A stretch of DNA of 64,000 nucleotides from the human T2T-CHM13v2.0 reference genome, Homo sapiens (GCF_009914755.1 NC_060937.1), one strand, 5' to 3'. Counted from the stretch's first letter, positions 38,361-53,090 are shown. Notes: generated by a model from the sequence alone, not told the origin. Program-made: numbers and translations.

Positions 38361-39932
38361 CTAAAAGCAAGGTATTAAGATGGTGAATGCTGTGACAGGA
38401 AGGCAGGCTTCAGTTCTTTGTTCTTCGTAATAATTATTGTGGATGAGGGTGGTAGGAGCAAGGGATGTAGACATAATGAGAGGTGTTCAGAAAGAAACGC
38501 TCAAAATACCCAAGAAACAAACATCAGCTCCTTCAGAACTCTATATTTACATAAATATTTCTCCTCATGAAGTTTCCAAATTGAATTTGGGGTGACCACT
38601 CAGCTTTGTTCATTCTATTCACACCTCTAAAGTATTGACAGACGTGAGCTCAATTTCACAAAATGAAATAATAGCAATTTAGCCTAAGACTTGAAGACAA
38701 TGTCAAGATGAAAAATAAGGTTCATTTTCCGCTGCTTTTTTCTGTTTTTCACTCATTTATGTGAATAATTCGTGTACTTTACATTTTGAAAGAAATAATT
38801 ATAGTAATCAGAATTTGACTTTTTATGAGCTATAAATTTTGAGAAGCTGCTTATTCCTACTGGCATCAATATAATTTTAATTAATAAATATCTTTAATCT
38901 ACCAATTACATAACATACATATAATGACACAGAGCTACACGATTCTGTGTTTAATCATTATTGAATGTGCAGGAGTTGGTAATATAGACACTACCCCAGA
39001 TCCCCAGATCTGAGTGAGTTATACATAAAAATATGTGGGAAAAGATAAATTTTAAAGAGCACTCCTTTTGGAAATAAAAGATAAAACAGAAATGAAAATG
39101 AGATGTTTTATTTTTCCTGAGCATTTTGTTCTTTTCAATTATATGACAGTTTTGGGGACTAGTTTCTCTGTTTAGGATATAGACAAATGCTGGATTGCCA
39201 ACCCAACAAAATTGTTCCAAAGATCTAGGACCTGAACTTGGGAGTGGGGGCACCGAGGTGTAGAGGTTATTCCTCTCTCTGGTCAAAGACATAGTTTGAT
39301 GTTTGAATCCTATTACCCACCTATAAAGCTATTTTTTCCATACTATTCCATGTCATTTATTTGAAATACAAAAATGTTTACTTTAAAAACCATTTTAAAT
39401 ATCCTATTCCTCTCTAAGAAAAATTTTAGAGTGTGCATTCACGGTTAAAAAGAGATATATTAACCTAATAAATGATACATTTTCTGTGCATTGTGATTCT
39501 GATTATTCCTCAATAAAAGATGAAACATTTCATAGGTAGCACAGAGTGTGAATGAGGAAGGAAAAAGGAAATTCTTTATACCAAGGAGGCAATAAGTTTC
39601 CTGAGGCAGACTCCAGAAGCCTAAGGACCCTGAGCAGTGGTTTAACATCCTCTTTCGATTGCCAAGAAGGCAGTCTAAGACTTATTTTCTGTAAACTGAA
39701 AGTCTTAGGTGATCTCTAAAGCCCTATCTAGCTCTAAATTTGTAGGATTCTGAATGTTCCTGAATTTCAGTCTTTGCTTTACTTAGCCCAGGCACGTGTG
39801 GATTTGATCCACCTGATTTTTCCTCCAACTACTTTTTCTCTTCCTCTGAAATCACAATATGACTAGTTGGCTTTAGCTGACTGCCAGAAAAATGATCCTT
39901 CTTAGAAATGGGCAAAAGAGATAGCTAAGTGT

Positions 39933-40851
39933 TGTTGACAAGGGGGAAAAAGCAAAATAAAAAAATTCTGTAAAATATTTAAAGAGGTTTATTCTGAGCC
40001 AATGTGAGTGACTATGGCCTGGGGAATAGTCTCAAGAGGTACTGAGAAAGTGTGCCTGAGGTAGTCAGGTTACAGGCTGGTTTTATACATTTTAGGGGAC
40101 AGGAATTGTAGGTAACATCATAAACCAATACATGAAAGGTATACATTGGTTCAGCCTAAAGAAGTGGGATATTTTGAAGCAGGTAGAGCTCCCAGATCAT
40201 AGGCAGATTCAAAGATTTTCTGATTGGTAATTGGTTGAAAGAGTTAAGCTTTGTTTGAAGACTTGAAGTCAATACAAAGAAATGCTTGAGTTAAGATGAG
40301 GAGGGATTGTGGAAGCCAAGATTCTTGTTATGTAGATGAAGCATCCAGGTAACAGCCTTCAGAAAGAATAAATGGTAAATACTTACTTTTCAGTGGTAAA
40401 AGGTGCCAGACTCTTAGCAAATCTCTCCCAGGTCTGGGAAAGCCTTGACTATATTAATGAAGATTCTCTACAGGTGCAAATTTCCCCCACAAAAGATGGC
40501 TTTACAGGGCCATTTCAACATATGTCAAAGAAATATATATGGGGTAAAATATTTTGATTTCCTTCAGGGCCTACTATCTGTCATGTGGTGCTCTACCATA
40601 GTCAGGTTGGAATTTGGTATCTTATTGCCACAAAGAGTCTGTTTTGCCAGTCTTATAATCTCTATTTTAATGTTAATGCTGGTCAGTTCTTCCTAAACTC
40701 CAAAAGGAAGAGGGCATAACAGGGCGTGTCTAACCTCCCTTCCCATCATGATCAGGAATTCCATTTCTCAGGTTTCTCTGGGGTCCTCTTGGCCAAGAGG
40801 GTGTCCATTTGATCAGTTGGGGAGGGCTTAGGATTTTATTTTTGGTTTACT
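39933..40851 (-). mobile_element. MER4D-type ERV1 solo LTR
   Basis: The reverse strand starts GTAAACCAAAAATAAAATCCTAAGCCCTCCCCAACTGATCAAATGGACACCCTCTTGGCCAAG and ends ...GTCAACA. Confidence 0.88.
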
Positions 40852-41297
40852 GTCTTCACTCTGGGAATGCTGGACATTGGAATCTATAGAGGTTGCACCC
40901 TTTGGTTGGTTTCTTTTGACTGGGCTATTTTTGAGCTCTGTCGAGGTGGAATTAAGTTGTAGAAAATGAGAGAAGTGTATATAATTCTTATTCTTAGCAA
41001 TGTAAATGGATTTTGTCTGGTAAGGATATACATGATTTCTGGCCTGTGGAAAGATTATGCCAAACATTACATTTTATTACCTTTGAGCTTATTAACCAGC
41101 TTTGCGTTTATTAGCAAATACATTTAAATATCTCTGATTGCTCGGTCTTTGAATTCTTCAAACTCTCCATTAACATCTTATTGGTTTACCCTTTAAATAA
41201 AGAGATAAACAAAATTTTTGACTTGTGTTCAATTGATATGAGTCATGATTTTCATCATTTTGAAAATTATACTTGAGAGCAATTTAGCTAGTGAAAG

Positions 41298-41300
<3 letters not shown>

Positions 41301-41328
<28 letters not shown>
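41301..41328. repeat. (TG)14 microsatellite
   Basis: Directly visible. Confidence 0.97.
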
Positions 41329-41332
<4 letters not shown>

Positions 41333-42576
41333 AAAAAGAGAAAGAGCAGTTACTAAAGCCTTCTTTGCTCATTTGTTAACATTTATAACCAAATATGATC
41401 AGCCACCCCCACTGAGCTTTAGCTATATTCACATTAAATCAGTATATTGTGTCTAATTTAGAAAGTTCATCATGGCCTAGGTGGATTGCTTTACAGCTTT
41501 ATGGGGTTCAAGAGAGATCACAGAAGCTGGCATTTAATGTAATTATAGAATAATGATTACCATGTATAAAAAATTTCTCAGTATAAAGAAGTCAGAACAA
41601 AACCTGTCTTCAAACTAGAGGGAGGTTATAAAAGGGCTAATTGGTTCAATTGTTATTTCCTCCCACTCAAGGTGTTCAGTCCTTGAACCTTTTCCTTCCC
41701 TGGATGAGAAGTCTGTTTAATATACTCTCAATGGGGAAAGAGTTGGTGAGAGACACTGAGATAAAATAGATTGTGTTATCTGAACTTGAGAAATCTGAGA
41801 AAAAAGAACTGTAGCCCCACATGGAAATTTTGCTGCTCACACCAGAGTGTTGTAGTAAATAATGTAATTCTAATTCAATATTAGTCTTTCATGAAATGCG
41901 TAAGGCTTTAACCTCTGCTTTTGCTGTAGGTTTTCAAATAAATGGGTATGAGATTAATTACCACTTGTATTTTGGAATCAGGGACATTAGACTAGCTAAT
42001 CTAATAGCAATCTGAGGAAAGGGTAATAATCCCAGCCTGAGAGAGGCATAGCTGAATCCCTCTTAATTCAATGCAATCTGCATTTTTGCTTAAAATGTAT
42101 TAATACTGTGTGTGCCCTGTATAATCTTTATTCATACCTTCCTGCATTATCAGGAGAGAGACATGAATTACAAATTAACCTCCCAAACCACAATTCACTT
42201 TAGGCTAACAGGTTCTTGATTCACATACTTAAAATTGAGCCAACTCTTGCTGAAAGAAAACCTCATAAAAAAATTTTCCAGTGTGGAAAGGATGATGAAG
42301 TGAGGAGACAGGCAAGAGACAGAGTCTATTTTCCTTTGCAGTGATTACAATAGGATATTAAAATTGTAAAATGCAAAACCCCAAATAAATTGAATTTGTG
42401 GAATCAATTTTTTTTTGTAAAGCAGAGATACTTTTTCTTTCACATCTTGTTTTAAGATCCTAGAACATGGTATTTATTGTGTTTATCTATTTTCTACCTG
42501 AATAAAGTAGAAAATAGGGAATAGGTCTTACTCACGTTTGATCACTGAGATCTTACAGTGCTTTTGATTATTATCC

Positions 42577-42940
42577 TGATATGGTTTGGTTGTGTCCCCA
42601 CCCAAATCTCATCTTGAATTGTAGCTCCCATAATTCCTGTGTGTTGTGGGAGGGACCCAGTGGGAGATAATTGAATCATGGGGGTGATTTCCCCCATACT
42701 GTTCTCATGGTAGTGAATAAGTCTAACGAGACATGATGGTTTTATAAGGAGAAACCCTTTTTGCTTGGTTCTCATTCTCTCTCTTACCTCCTGCCACATA
42801 AGACATGCCTTTTGCCTTCTGCCATGATTGTGAGGCCTCCCCAACGATGTGAAACTGTAAGTCCATTAAACCTCTTTTTATTTATAAATTACCCAGTCTT
42901 GAGTATGTCTTTACCAGCAGCGTGAGAACGGACTAACACA
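42577..42940 (+). mobile_element. THE1B/C solo LTR, TSD TATCC
   Basis: It reads TGATATGGTTTGGTTGTGTCCCCACCCAAATCTC...GGACTAACACA. TATCC is at 42572-42576 and 42941-42945. Confidence 0.95.
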
Positions 42941-43816
42941 TATCCTAACCTGTTGAGATGGAATTAAGCAATCACAGGGGAGGCAGAAGAATAGGAGTCT
43001 GAGAAGAATCCAGGGCCATAATAAAACAGCAGGTCCCCTAGAATTGTGCAGTGCATAACCTGTTCAACTGTATCTTTCAGTCTTGAATGTTGCTAAGTTT
43101 AGCAGTGAGAACTGGACTTCAAGCAGAATGGAAGTGTGATCCTATTTGGGGTGGCCAGACCTCAGAGACTCCTGGATTGACTACTTCAATACAGTTTGTA
43201 TCCTCTACCCAGCAATGAGCAGGACTGACTCATAATAGCTCTTAAGCAGATGAAAGAAGCATATAATTATCCCTAGGGCAAAATGCATTCTTATTCTCAT
43301 ACAGTCGAATAATAGTTTGCTCTGTGTAGCAAACTATTAAGTCCACCAGAAGCAGTGGACTCATAGCAAAAATTTCTACTTCCCTCTCTTGAAACTGTAA
43401 AGAAGTGCCGCACAGGTAAAAAGACAGCTCCCCAAAGCCTGCTTCCCCCCCGAACCTAGGAGGACCCAGATACAGTCTGGAAGGACACTGAGCAAATGGT
43501 CAGCCTCATGTGGTGGTATCCTCTGCCGTTCATTCCCTGGTATGGGAAATGTGGGGCTAAGGAGACCACGTCTTCAAACATCAGCTTGCTGCCGGACCTC
43601 CCGCCCTGTGCTCCACTCTTATTGCGGCAAAGTTCTTGCTTGAATCCTTTAAAGGAAAGGAATGTGTATTCTTTGCCTCTGTCTGTTGGCAACTTTCTGT
43701 CAGTCACTATCCCCCTAAGACAGCCACCCATCAGCACATCCCCAGAATTCAAACAGCATCAACAACATCGTCTACATCCCTGACGAGAAGTTTTGTTATC
43801 CTTTGTTTTTTTGTTT

Positions 43817-43820
<4 letters not shown>

Positions 43821-43854
<34 letters not shown>
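43821..43854. repeat. (TG)17 microsatellite
   Basis: Directly visible. Confidence 0.97.
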
Positions 43855-43857
<3 letters not shown>

Positions 43858-44549
43858 CGTTCTAAGAATAGAGACTAGAAAATGAAGAGAAGATGAGAAA
43901 GGGAGTTTTATTTTACTGTATAATTAGTTAGATTCCTGTTAATGGAAATTTTACATATTCTGTCTTTTTCTTTTCTTTTTTGACATCTCTGCAAGATTGA
44001 TTCTGGCTGTTGCAGATCATAATTATAGGTCTATCCTCAGTGTATAAGATATTGATTTGCCTTCCTCAAGTAGTAAATTTTAGTGACAGGAATTATATTT
44101 TGCCAATTTCTTTTGTACAATGCCCAGCTAGACATATAAAATAATTTTGGATTTTTTTTATTATAAGGTGATTTAGAACAAATTACTTTTCAGTTTTGCT
44201 GTCTATGATAAAGAAAGCATAAATGGTGAGTTAAATGTTTTAAGAAACTCATAGCAGAAGGGTTTTATTGTATTAATTTATGCAGGCTGATTAGCACATA
44301 GTGCCTGGCTGATAGGAGGTAATCAATAAAGAGTAGTTGTAATTATTAGTATTATTATTAATGTAAGTTGAAAATGAAAGGATTAACCTTAAGAGATGGT
44401 AGGCAGGCCTAGGGCCGTGTGCTGATCTATGGATGAGGAGATCCTGATAGGGGAATCTAAGACCCGGACCTAATGACCTGGGGAAGAAAGAAGCAACTTG
44501 GATTTGGAACAATAATAAAAGTGAATGGCTTTGATTTATTAGGTATCTA

Positions 44550-44720
44550 ATATATATTCTTTACCTTTGTCTCATGTAATCTTCATAATAACACTACACA
44601 GTGGTTATTTTCCCTACTTTTTGGTTAGTAAGCTGTAGCCCAATGACTTGCCCAAGTTTACACAGCTCATAAGCGATGGGGATGATCAACATTAAGTCAG
44701 GTCTGTCTACCTGACTGTTT
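44550..44720 (-). mobile_element. MIR SINE
   Basis: It reads tctcatgtaatcttcataataac...tgacttgcccaagtttacacagct. Confidence 0.65.
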
Positions 44721-45813
44721 TTACTTTTCAACTTACTGAACGAAAAGAGGCCCATGCAAGCCTTCTTTACTAAGGGTTCCAAAATAAATATAAAATGACG
44801 ATAAGCCTGCATATTTATTTATGCCTGTTGCTACTTTCCAACTTTCACATTTACTCTCCACTGTCAAGACCGATGTTGTTTGAGCTGAACAACGGAAGGC
44901 TGTAACAGGAGCCATGCCGTAAACAGAGGAGGAAAGACATCTTACAGTGTGAAGATGGAGAAAAACTGCAATAGCAAGATAGTCCTCCAGATAAGCCAAA
45001 TCCCATCCATCTGTCCATATCAGCTGTCCCTACCAGAATAGGTTATTTTCCATTATTCCAGTCTCCACACTCTCCCTGTTGTGAAATTTCTGCAGCACTA
45101 AGACCCATACTCCAACACTCTTAAAACTATATCGTCTTGTATTATTTGCTAATTAGAATTTTAAAATAAAGTTAGAGGTGGTCATAGATCACGTGCCTAA
45201 ATGGAACCTTTTAGAGATAGAACAATAGTGCTTCTTGTGTGGCCTGTCTTCCTAATTAGATCGGAGGGTAGGGACTATGCCCTACTCTCCTTTATAGACA
45301 CCCTTTCTCACACTCTAACACAGCGTGTAGTACATGGTGGGTACTCAAAATATACTAGGTGATTAGATCACTAGCATATTTTACCAGGAAAACAACGTAT
45401 GTAAAAAGAAGAGCTTTGTGGGCTTTTTTTTCTTTCTTTTTAAGTTTACAGGTTGTTTTACTACCTTTCTCTGGGAAGTATGTATGTTTCACTTCAGACA
45501 CATCAAAAGCCAATGTAGAGTGTTTTATGGTCTCCAAAATGTCCTTCTCTCTTTGTTCAGCAGGCACACTGGGGTCCTTTTATTTCTTAATAATTATCTG
45601 TAGTTGAAATAATATTGTAGCTTTTCATTGATAATAAACTGGCAATAATGTAAACTCATAATGTAAGCTTCCACTTTTTAAAATATTATTTTTTAAAAAG
45701 TAGTGCGTGCACACAAATTAAAATGTTAAGTGCGCAAAGTGTTTTTTAAAGTCCTAGTTTCCTTCCTAAAGAGCAATTACTGTTACCTACTCTATCATTC
45801 CAGAAGATGTATG

Positions 45814-46155
45814 TTGTCTTAGTCTACTCTGGTTGCTATGACAGAATACCTTAGACTGGGTAATTTATAAACCACAGAAATTTATTTCTCACCATTCCAG
45901 AGTCTGGGAAGTCCAACACCAAAGTGTCGGCAGCTATAGTGTCCGGTAAAGGCTTGCTCTCTCCTTCCAAGAGGGTGTCTCCCTTCTGTGTCCCCATATG
46001 GTAGAAGGGCAAAAAGGGTGAACTCTCTCCCTCAATCACTTTCATAGGCACACTAATCTTTAATAAGTCATCTCCTAAAGGACCCACCTCTTAATAGTGT
46101 TGCACTGGGGACTTCCAGCATGAATTTGGAGAGTCACAAACATCAAACCATAGTA
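45814..46155 (-). mobile_element. MSTC/MSTD/MLT1A-type MaLR LTR
   Basis: It reads tgtcttagtctactctggttgctatgacagaataccttagactgggtaatttataaacc...catcaaaccatagta. Confidence 0.85.
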
Positions 46156-46759
46156 CACATATATGAACAAATATATATTCTCTGTCTGTCTCTCCCCTCA
46201 CTCTTTACTCTCCAACAAATATGATACCATATTAGTCATATTCTTTTGCAAAGAATTCTTTTTATTTTTTCACTCAACAATATATGTTGGTGATCATTTA
46301 TTAGCACAGACAGACCTACCTCAATATTTTAATGGTTGCATAACATATCATTCCATTATCCTTCCAAAGACCCAGATATGACCTCTCTCTTGCTTTAGGC
46401 TAGTTAGGGTATTTCCAATCTTTTGGAATTATAAAATGCTGCAATTAACATCCTTTTACATGTATAATTTCAAACATATAGGAGAAGTTCCCATAGAATC
46501 AAAGAGTATTTGATGTGAAATTTTGAAAGATATTGACAAATTATTATTGAAAATGGCTGTGTCCTTTCATTTCTCCATTAGCACTATTTGAGAGTGTCTT
46601 GGTAAGAGAGTGTGTTATCAATTTTTTCTATTTGTCAATCCAATGGGTTAAAAATGGTTTCTTTGTGTATTTTGTAAGTTGAGTGCTTTTTCAAATGTTT
46701 AGAGTTAATATAGTTTTTTTTTCTATGAATTATCAAGATACTATGGCCATTATCCTACA

Positions 46760-46865
46760 GAGATAGACCATGAAAGAAAGATAAAAGCTTTTCCCCTGCT
46801 TTTGGAACAAAGGGATCCCACATTTTCATTTTGCCCTGAGCCTAAAAATTATATAGTCAGCCCTG
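46760..46865. mobile_element. MER45B-like hAT-Tip100 fragment
   Basis: It reads gaacaaagggatcccacattttcattttgccctgagcctaaaaattatatagtcagccctg. Confidence 0.6.
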
Positions 46866-47206
46866 GCTATTCTCAACCATATGCAGTATACTTTTGTTAT
46901 TTTTTGATCTTTATATAAACCATAGTATGTGTATCCTGCATCTTGCTTTTTCATTAATTTTTTGTTTGCGGGCTTCAACCGTGTTAATGGTTGTAATAGT
47001 AGCTAAGCACACATAATGGTTCTATGAATATACTTGTACATATCTCTGGGTGCCCCTGTTCAAGGGTATTTTTAGGGATTGTGTGTACACATAAGCATGT
47101 GCATTTTGTGTGTGTGTGTGTGTGAGATTTCCTGGTCATAGGATATGCATATTTTTACTTTACTATGACCAAATTGTTATACAGAGTGGTTGTAGAAAGC
47201 TACATA

Positions 47207-47208
<2 letters not shown>

Positions 47209-47254
<46 letters not shown>
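47209..47254. repeat. (AT)23 microsatellite
   Basis: Directly visible and uninterrupted. Confidence 0.98.
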
Positions 47255-47258
<4 letters not shown>

Positions 47259-48127
47259 TTTGTTTTGCAGTGATCTCCATCCTTACCAACATTTTAGTAT
47301 AAAACTTTAACTTATTGTGGTTTTATCTTGCAACATCTTCATTATTTAAAAGGTTGAACATTTTTCATTTATTTAATAGCTATTTGGGCTGACTCTTCTG
47401 TGAAGTGTTTATTCCTATGTTTTACCACTGCTTTTGGGGGAGGCAGACTTTTCCTTTTTGCTTATCTTTGCATTTAGGAATCTTTTGATTAAGAAGTGTT
47501 ATTAATTTTAACTCAGTTAACTTTCTTATCTTTTCATTTATATTTGTGCTTTTCGGGTCTTGTTTTCATCATTTTTTTCCTGCTCCAAGATCATAGAAAT
47601 ATTCTATATTTTTCCCCAAAGTCTTAAGTTTGTGGTTTCCATATCTAAATCTTTTTCCCTTTTATTTATTTTTGTGTATTCTTTTTTGTGTTGTTGTTGT
47701 CCATATAGAAAACAAATGATCATAGCATCATTTATTGAGCAACCCATTCTTACTGATCCGCAGTGACATTCCAGTTATATACTAGATTTCATTTTATGTG
47801 TGGGCTTGTTTCTACACGCTCTGTGCTGATCCACTGGTCTATCCTATGTTCCTGTGCCATATTATGCTCTCTTAATTAATCAAAGCTTTATTATATACAC
47901 AGGGCAATGAAAACTGGCAAAACAGCTCGCCTCATCCTGTTCATCCTCTACAGGGGTGTTTCAGCTATTCTTGTGCTTCATTTTTCCATAAAAATTTTAG
48001 AATCTGCTTATCAAGTTCTGCAAACAGCTCTGGATTGAATTTGAAAGGAATTGCATTTTATTTATAGAGCAATTTGAAGAGAATGACCAAACTTTTAATA
48101 TATTGTGTCCTTCTATCACAAATATTA

Positions 48128-48319
<192 letters not shown>

Positions 48320-48679
48320 TTACGTTTACTTTAATGTATTTTAATAACATATATAATTTCAAAGAAGTCTTGCACAAATTTTGTTAGATTTATTCCTGGA
48401 TGTATTATGATTTTGTTGGTATTTTAGGTGCTCTGTTTTGTTAAATTATGTCCATATTCTTGAGGAGTTTCTATATAAACAATCATATTACCTGCAAATA
48501 ACCAAAGCTTAGTATTTCCTTTTATAATTCCTACATTTTATTTTTCCTTATCTTACTGCACAATGTTGAATCAAAGGCATCACTGTTGTTTTTTATTTTA
48601 AAGGGAGTAAGGTTAATTTTTTATTAGTAAGTATGGTTTGCGCTACAAATTTTTGGTAGGTACTCTTTTTAAAATAGCA

Positions 48680-49060
48680 ATCATCACAGAGTAAGTTATA
48701 TTGTGATAGCAAACAACATCCAGATCATGGGGGCTTACTGCAACAAAGATGTCTATTTGGTTTTATAACATGGAAACTGAGCTGGCCTCTACTCTGTTCC
48801 ATTTCTGCTCCACATGCTTTTTTATTCTGGGATGGAAGTTGAAAAAGTAACATTTATTTAGGAGTGAGACCCTTGAGGAGGGGATGTGGGAGAAGAGTGT
48901 ATTAGCTCTTAAAGCCTCTTTCAAGACTTAATAGACATCATTTCTGCTTTCCTGCTACTCCTGGCAGAGCAAGTCACATGGCCCAGGCTGGATGTCAGCC
49001 AACCAGGAAGTACACTTCTCTCATAGCGGGGAGGTGTGTAAAAACATTTGGGAACAATAA
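48680..49060 (-). mobile_element. MLT1J-like LTR
   Basis: It contains gtgatagcaaacaacatccagatcatgggggcttac and gagcaagtcacatggccc. Confidence 0.6.
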
Positions 49061-50553
49061 TTCCTTGCTCCTTCTATTAAGAAGAACTATTATTTTAGTA
49101 TGAGGTCTTTGGAGAGCTAGGAGACCACATATGTTTAAAGTTTATCTAATAGTATTGAAATAATTATTTAATTTGTTAATTTCATGAACTAAACTAGATT
49201 TTTTAATACAAAATATATTTTGCATTTATAGGATGATGCAAATTTATCATGGTGTGTTATATTTTTCACATATTCTTGGATTCAGTTTGCCAATATTTTT
49301 AAAGGATTTTTGCATTTATGTTCATGAGTAAATCATTTTTCCTGTCTCGAATTATCTCTATGTGAATTTCATATTGTGTTTATATTTATCTCACATATTT
49401 GCTAAGGAGTTTTTCTTTTTCTTTTTTTATTATCTGAAAGAATTTGTATAAGATTTGAATGAACTATTAACTATTCCTTGAATGTTTGGTGTAATTCTTA
49501 TAAAACTATCCAAGCCTGGGCTTTTCTTTGTAAAAGTATTTTTAACTACTGACCTAATTTTTTAGTGGCTACTGAGACTGCTGGCTGGCTGGATACATCA
49601 AGATGTCATTTCTGACTTGGCCCTTTTCAGAGTATCTTCTTGTAAATAGACATATCTCAGAGACAACTACGGAATGATGTGGACAGGAAGGAAGAAGTTT
49701 TCAGACATGTGGTAGAACTGGGCAAGTTCTGAGCTCAGTTCTGGACAAAGCACAAGCAGGTACCAGGTCCTAGAGCGATGCCTCATCTACAATGGTCTCC
49801 TGATTAATCTGGACACCTGTGTATTGCAAAAAAACATGATAATACATAGATTGAAAAATAACAAGATGTGATTAGGAAATCACTTTTAAATACCTAAATT
49901 GGGAGATGCTATGAGGATAAAATATGCATATTCTATGCAAAGCAGAAAACCCAAAATGCCCTGGTTCACTAATTAAGCTATTTTTCTACTTTCTCATCCC
50001 TTTCCTTTCTAACTGTGGGGTGACTCCTGGCAAGATCTGCCCTCCACTGCCGGCTTCTGCACAAAGTTGAGAAATCAATATTATAATCATGCACTGTTTC
50101 CATAGCAAGTGCTCCTGCAGCTCTGAGCAAAACAGCACTTTCTAGACCCTGCCAGAGTATATGTGGCAAAGAAAGATTAATTAGCCACTCACTAATTGAC
50201 AGTATTTCCCTCTACATCTGCTTGGGCCTGATGTGAGTTTAAATGTCTCTATTAAGTGCCTGAAGCTGATTGCACATGTATAAAATTTAATGTCCCTTCT
50301 CAAACCTCAGAGATGTCTGAGACCTCAGTTCCGTCTCTAAACAGTAGAGATGTGGGCAAAAGGCTTAGCGTGGACGGCAATTCTGGAGAGGCAACAGAGA
50401 ACAGTTAGGTTAGGGGTTGGGGTCAGGCAGAAGTGCAGTAGGGTGGAGTGGGAGAGCTGAGGTGTAGCTCTAGTTCTTCAATAACCTGCCACGTGGCTGG
50501 CAAACCACGCTGCTTCTGTGGACTTCTCTTCTCGTTCAGGTGTTAGATTCTAC

Positions 50554-51155
50554 CAGTGCTTTTCTAACTGTGTTTCCCAGAGCCCAAGAGAATCCAGGGT
50601 CCCCTTAAGGAAATTCTAGACTCTAAAGTGAGGCTGTTCAACAGAACTTCTGTCCAACAGAGCTTTCTGCAATGATGGAAATGTTCGATATCCACGCTGC
50701 CTGATGGGTAACCACTCATCACTTATGGCTATTGGGTCCTAGAATTGTGTATAATGTGTGTGAGAAACTGAATTTAAAAGATTTTTAACTCACATAGAGC
50801 TATCTTACTTTAAATTAATTAAAATTAAATAAAATATAAAACAAGAGTGGCTACCATATTGGACTGTGTGGCTCTGGAGGGTCTGGGCTCAGGCCTAAGT
50901 GAACAGCGTCCAGGGCTTAACTGAAAGCTGCAGTGATGTTATTTTAAAGAAAATCCTAAAGAGGAAGCAGAATCATTCATGAGGCTACTCCCACCCACCT
51001 CTTTAGCCTGTGAGTATCTCTATCTCCAAAGCCTACTGCTGCTTCAACCAGACACATCTGCCTTTGCTTGCAAAAATGTGCTTCTGAAATAGTTTTCCCT
51101 GAGCAAAAGGACATTTGCAGCTAAAGGACAGCTAAAAGACATTTGCAAACCACTG
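50554..51155. mobile_element. Old hAT-Charlie MITE containing a MER3 insertion (~50630-50875) and a duplicated 115-bp segment
   Basis: The termini are cagtgcttttctaact and atttgcaaaccactg. The MER3 reads ctgtccaacagagctttctgcaatgatggaaatgttc...gtggctaccatattggac. Confidence 0.55.
50921..51035 (+). repeat. Dispersed direct repeat, copy 1 of 2 (partner 53449-53873, split by an Alu)
   Basis: ctgcagtgatgttatt...atcctaaagaggaag...ccacccacctct...tgagtatctctatctc..aaagccta occurs twice. Confidence 0.93.
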
Positions 51156-52672
51156 GATTAAATAATCTCCAAAGTTCTTGAACATTGAAAGATTCAAATC
51201 CCCTAGTCCTAATCTCCCTTTGTATACAGCAGGGACCAAACACACATTCCTGGATGTGGCATGGGAGAGGGCGGCCTTCCCTGTGGTCCCACCCCACTTT
51301 ACCTGGCATGGGGGAGATGCCAGTGTCACTGATGTAGTGTCCAAGCTGAAGAGGATCCCGGCTTCTCCGACAGGGCAGAGGCCTTCCATGATGCTCGCAG
51401 CTGCTCCCCCGGAACTGCTCATGGCTCTTCATAGTTTCTGCTCACTCTACACACTCAGACCATAGAAAGAAAACAGTCCACAGGCCAGAAAAAATCTGAA
51501 TGCATTTCTCAGCCCAAGTCTCTTTTCCCATACAGGTGAGAAGGAGAGACCAAGGATCACCGAAGGAGTGATGTTCAGGGCTCTGCCACAGCTGCCTGGG
51601 GACGCGGGGAGGCTCTGAGGCCAGGGGCCCCACCACCATGGCCCTTTAGGGACAGTTGCTCCAGGGGTTAGGCAGGGATGGTGATGAAGTGTGGGGGAGG
51701 GTGGTCAAAGCAGGCAGCATGAGTTGCTCCTGTCCTTGCATTGAGATATCAATGCCATCTATGAGATAGAAATCTCACCTAGAAAAATACTTTTGGAAAA
51801 TGATGGGGAAATGAGATTTAGAGCATTTCACATCTCAGAACCACTTACACAATCTACAAACTACATGATGGAAAGCCTGCCTTGTAGGAAGTGCCAATCT
51901 CTGTCTGTGACTGTTGGAGAGAAGGGAGGGAAAGATTTTATAGCTCTTAGAGGCGTCTTGCAGGTGAGGGGTTGTAGGGAAAGCATGGATAACTTCTCAG
52001 ACAGGCCAATGCTCACATGGTTCCTTCCATTACACTTCCTCAGTCTCCCTTCAAAGGGCCACCCCCAAAGGTAAGTAACCCTCAGCAGCCCTCCAGAAAG
52101 CTTTTGTAAAAGGAAATGGCTTTGATTTTTCATCTTTCTCAACCACACTGAAACAAACAGTGTGGCCTGTTGAAGTTTAAGACAATATTTTAACCAAAGA
52201 ATACAACTGAGAGAACCATACTATTGTATAAATTTTCCCAACCTCTCATTCTCACTTGCAGCTGAAATTGTTGACAGGAGTTTTGTCTTTTGCCATGTGC
52301 TTTGAGGGGATTTGAGGAAAACAGTGTGGCATTATGGGGAGGACTTGTCACAAGAGTATCATTTGCTATAGTTTTCTTGGCTTTATCACATTTCTGGTTG
52401 TCTCTTCTTATGGCTCAAACATGTTAAGTCACTTTCACCAAGCAAAATAATTAACAAAATACGAATCTTAAGACACTAAATTGCAATAGTGAGCATGGAC
52501 ACTTCCTTCTCTCCTGCCCTCTGGGCCTCTCTCATGTAACACAGCCACCATCTACATCTCTGTTACACACACAGAAAGCAAACAGCCACCCTTCTCATTC
52601 CTCTCGTTCCACCAATATGAATATTCTTTACAACCAGTTAAGCAGAAACAGAAGGTCTGAGACCTGCAGCTA

Positions 52673-53090
<418 letters not shown>

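Noticed and set aside
42486-42516. 11-bp inverted repeat CTATTTTCTAC...GTAGAAAATAG
   Set aside because: Short and AT-rich with no supporting context; too weak to call.
43456-43878. Overlapping ORFs in a GC-richer unique block as a coding exon
   Set aside because: No recognisable protein or clear flanking splice pair. It may be regulatory or non-coding, but the sequence alone does not support a call.
44935-44960. CATCTTACAGTGTGAAGATGG resembling miR-200/141 arms
   Set aside because: The stem is only ~6 bp and there is no extended pre-miRNA hairpin.
50403-50430. TTAGG/TTAGGGG/TTGGGG/TCAGG run as an interstitial telomeric sequence or G-quadruplex
   Set aside because: Only four degenerate units, two with just GG, which is compatible with chance.
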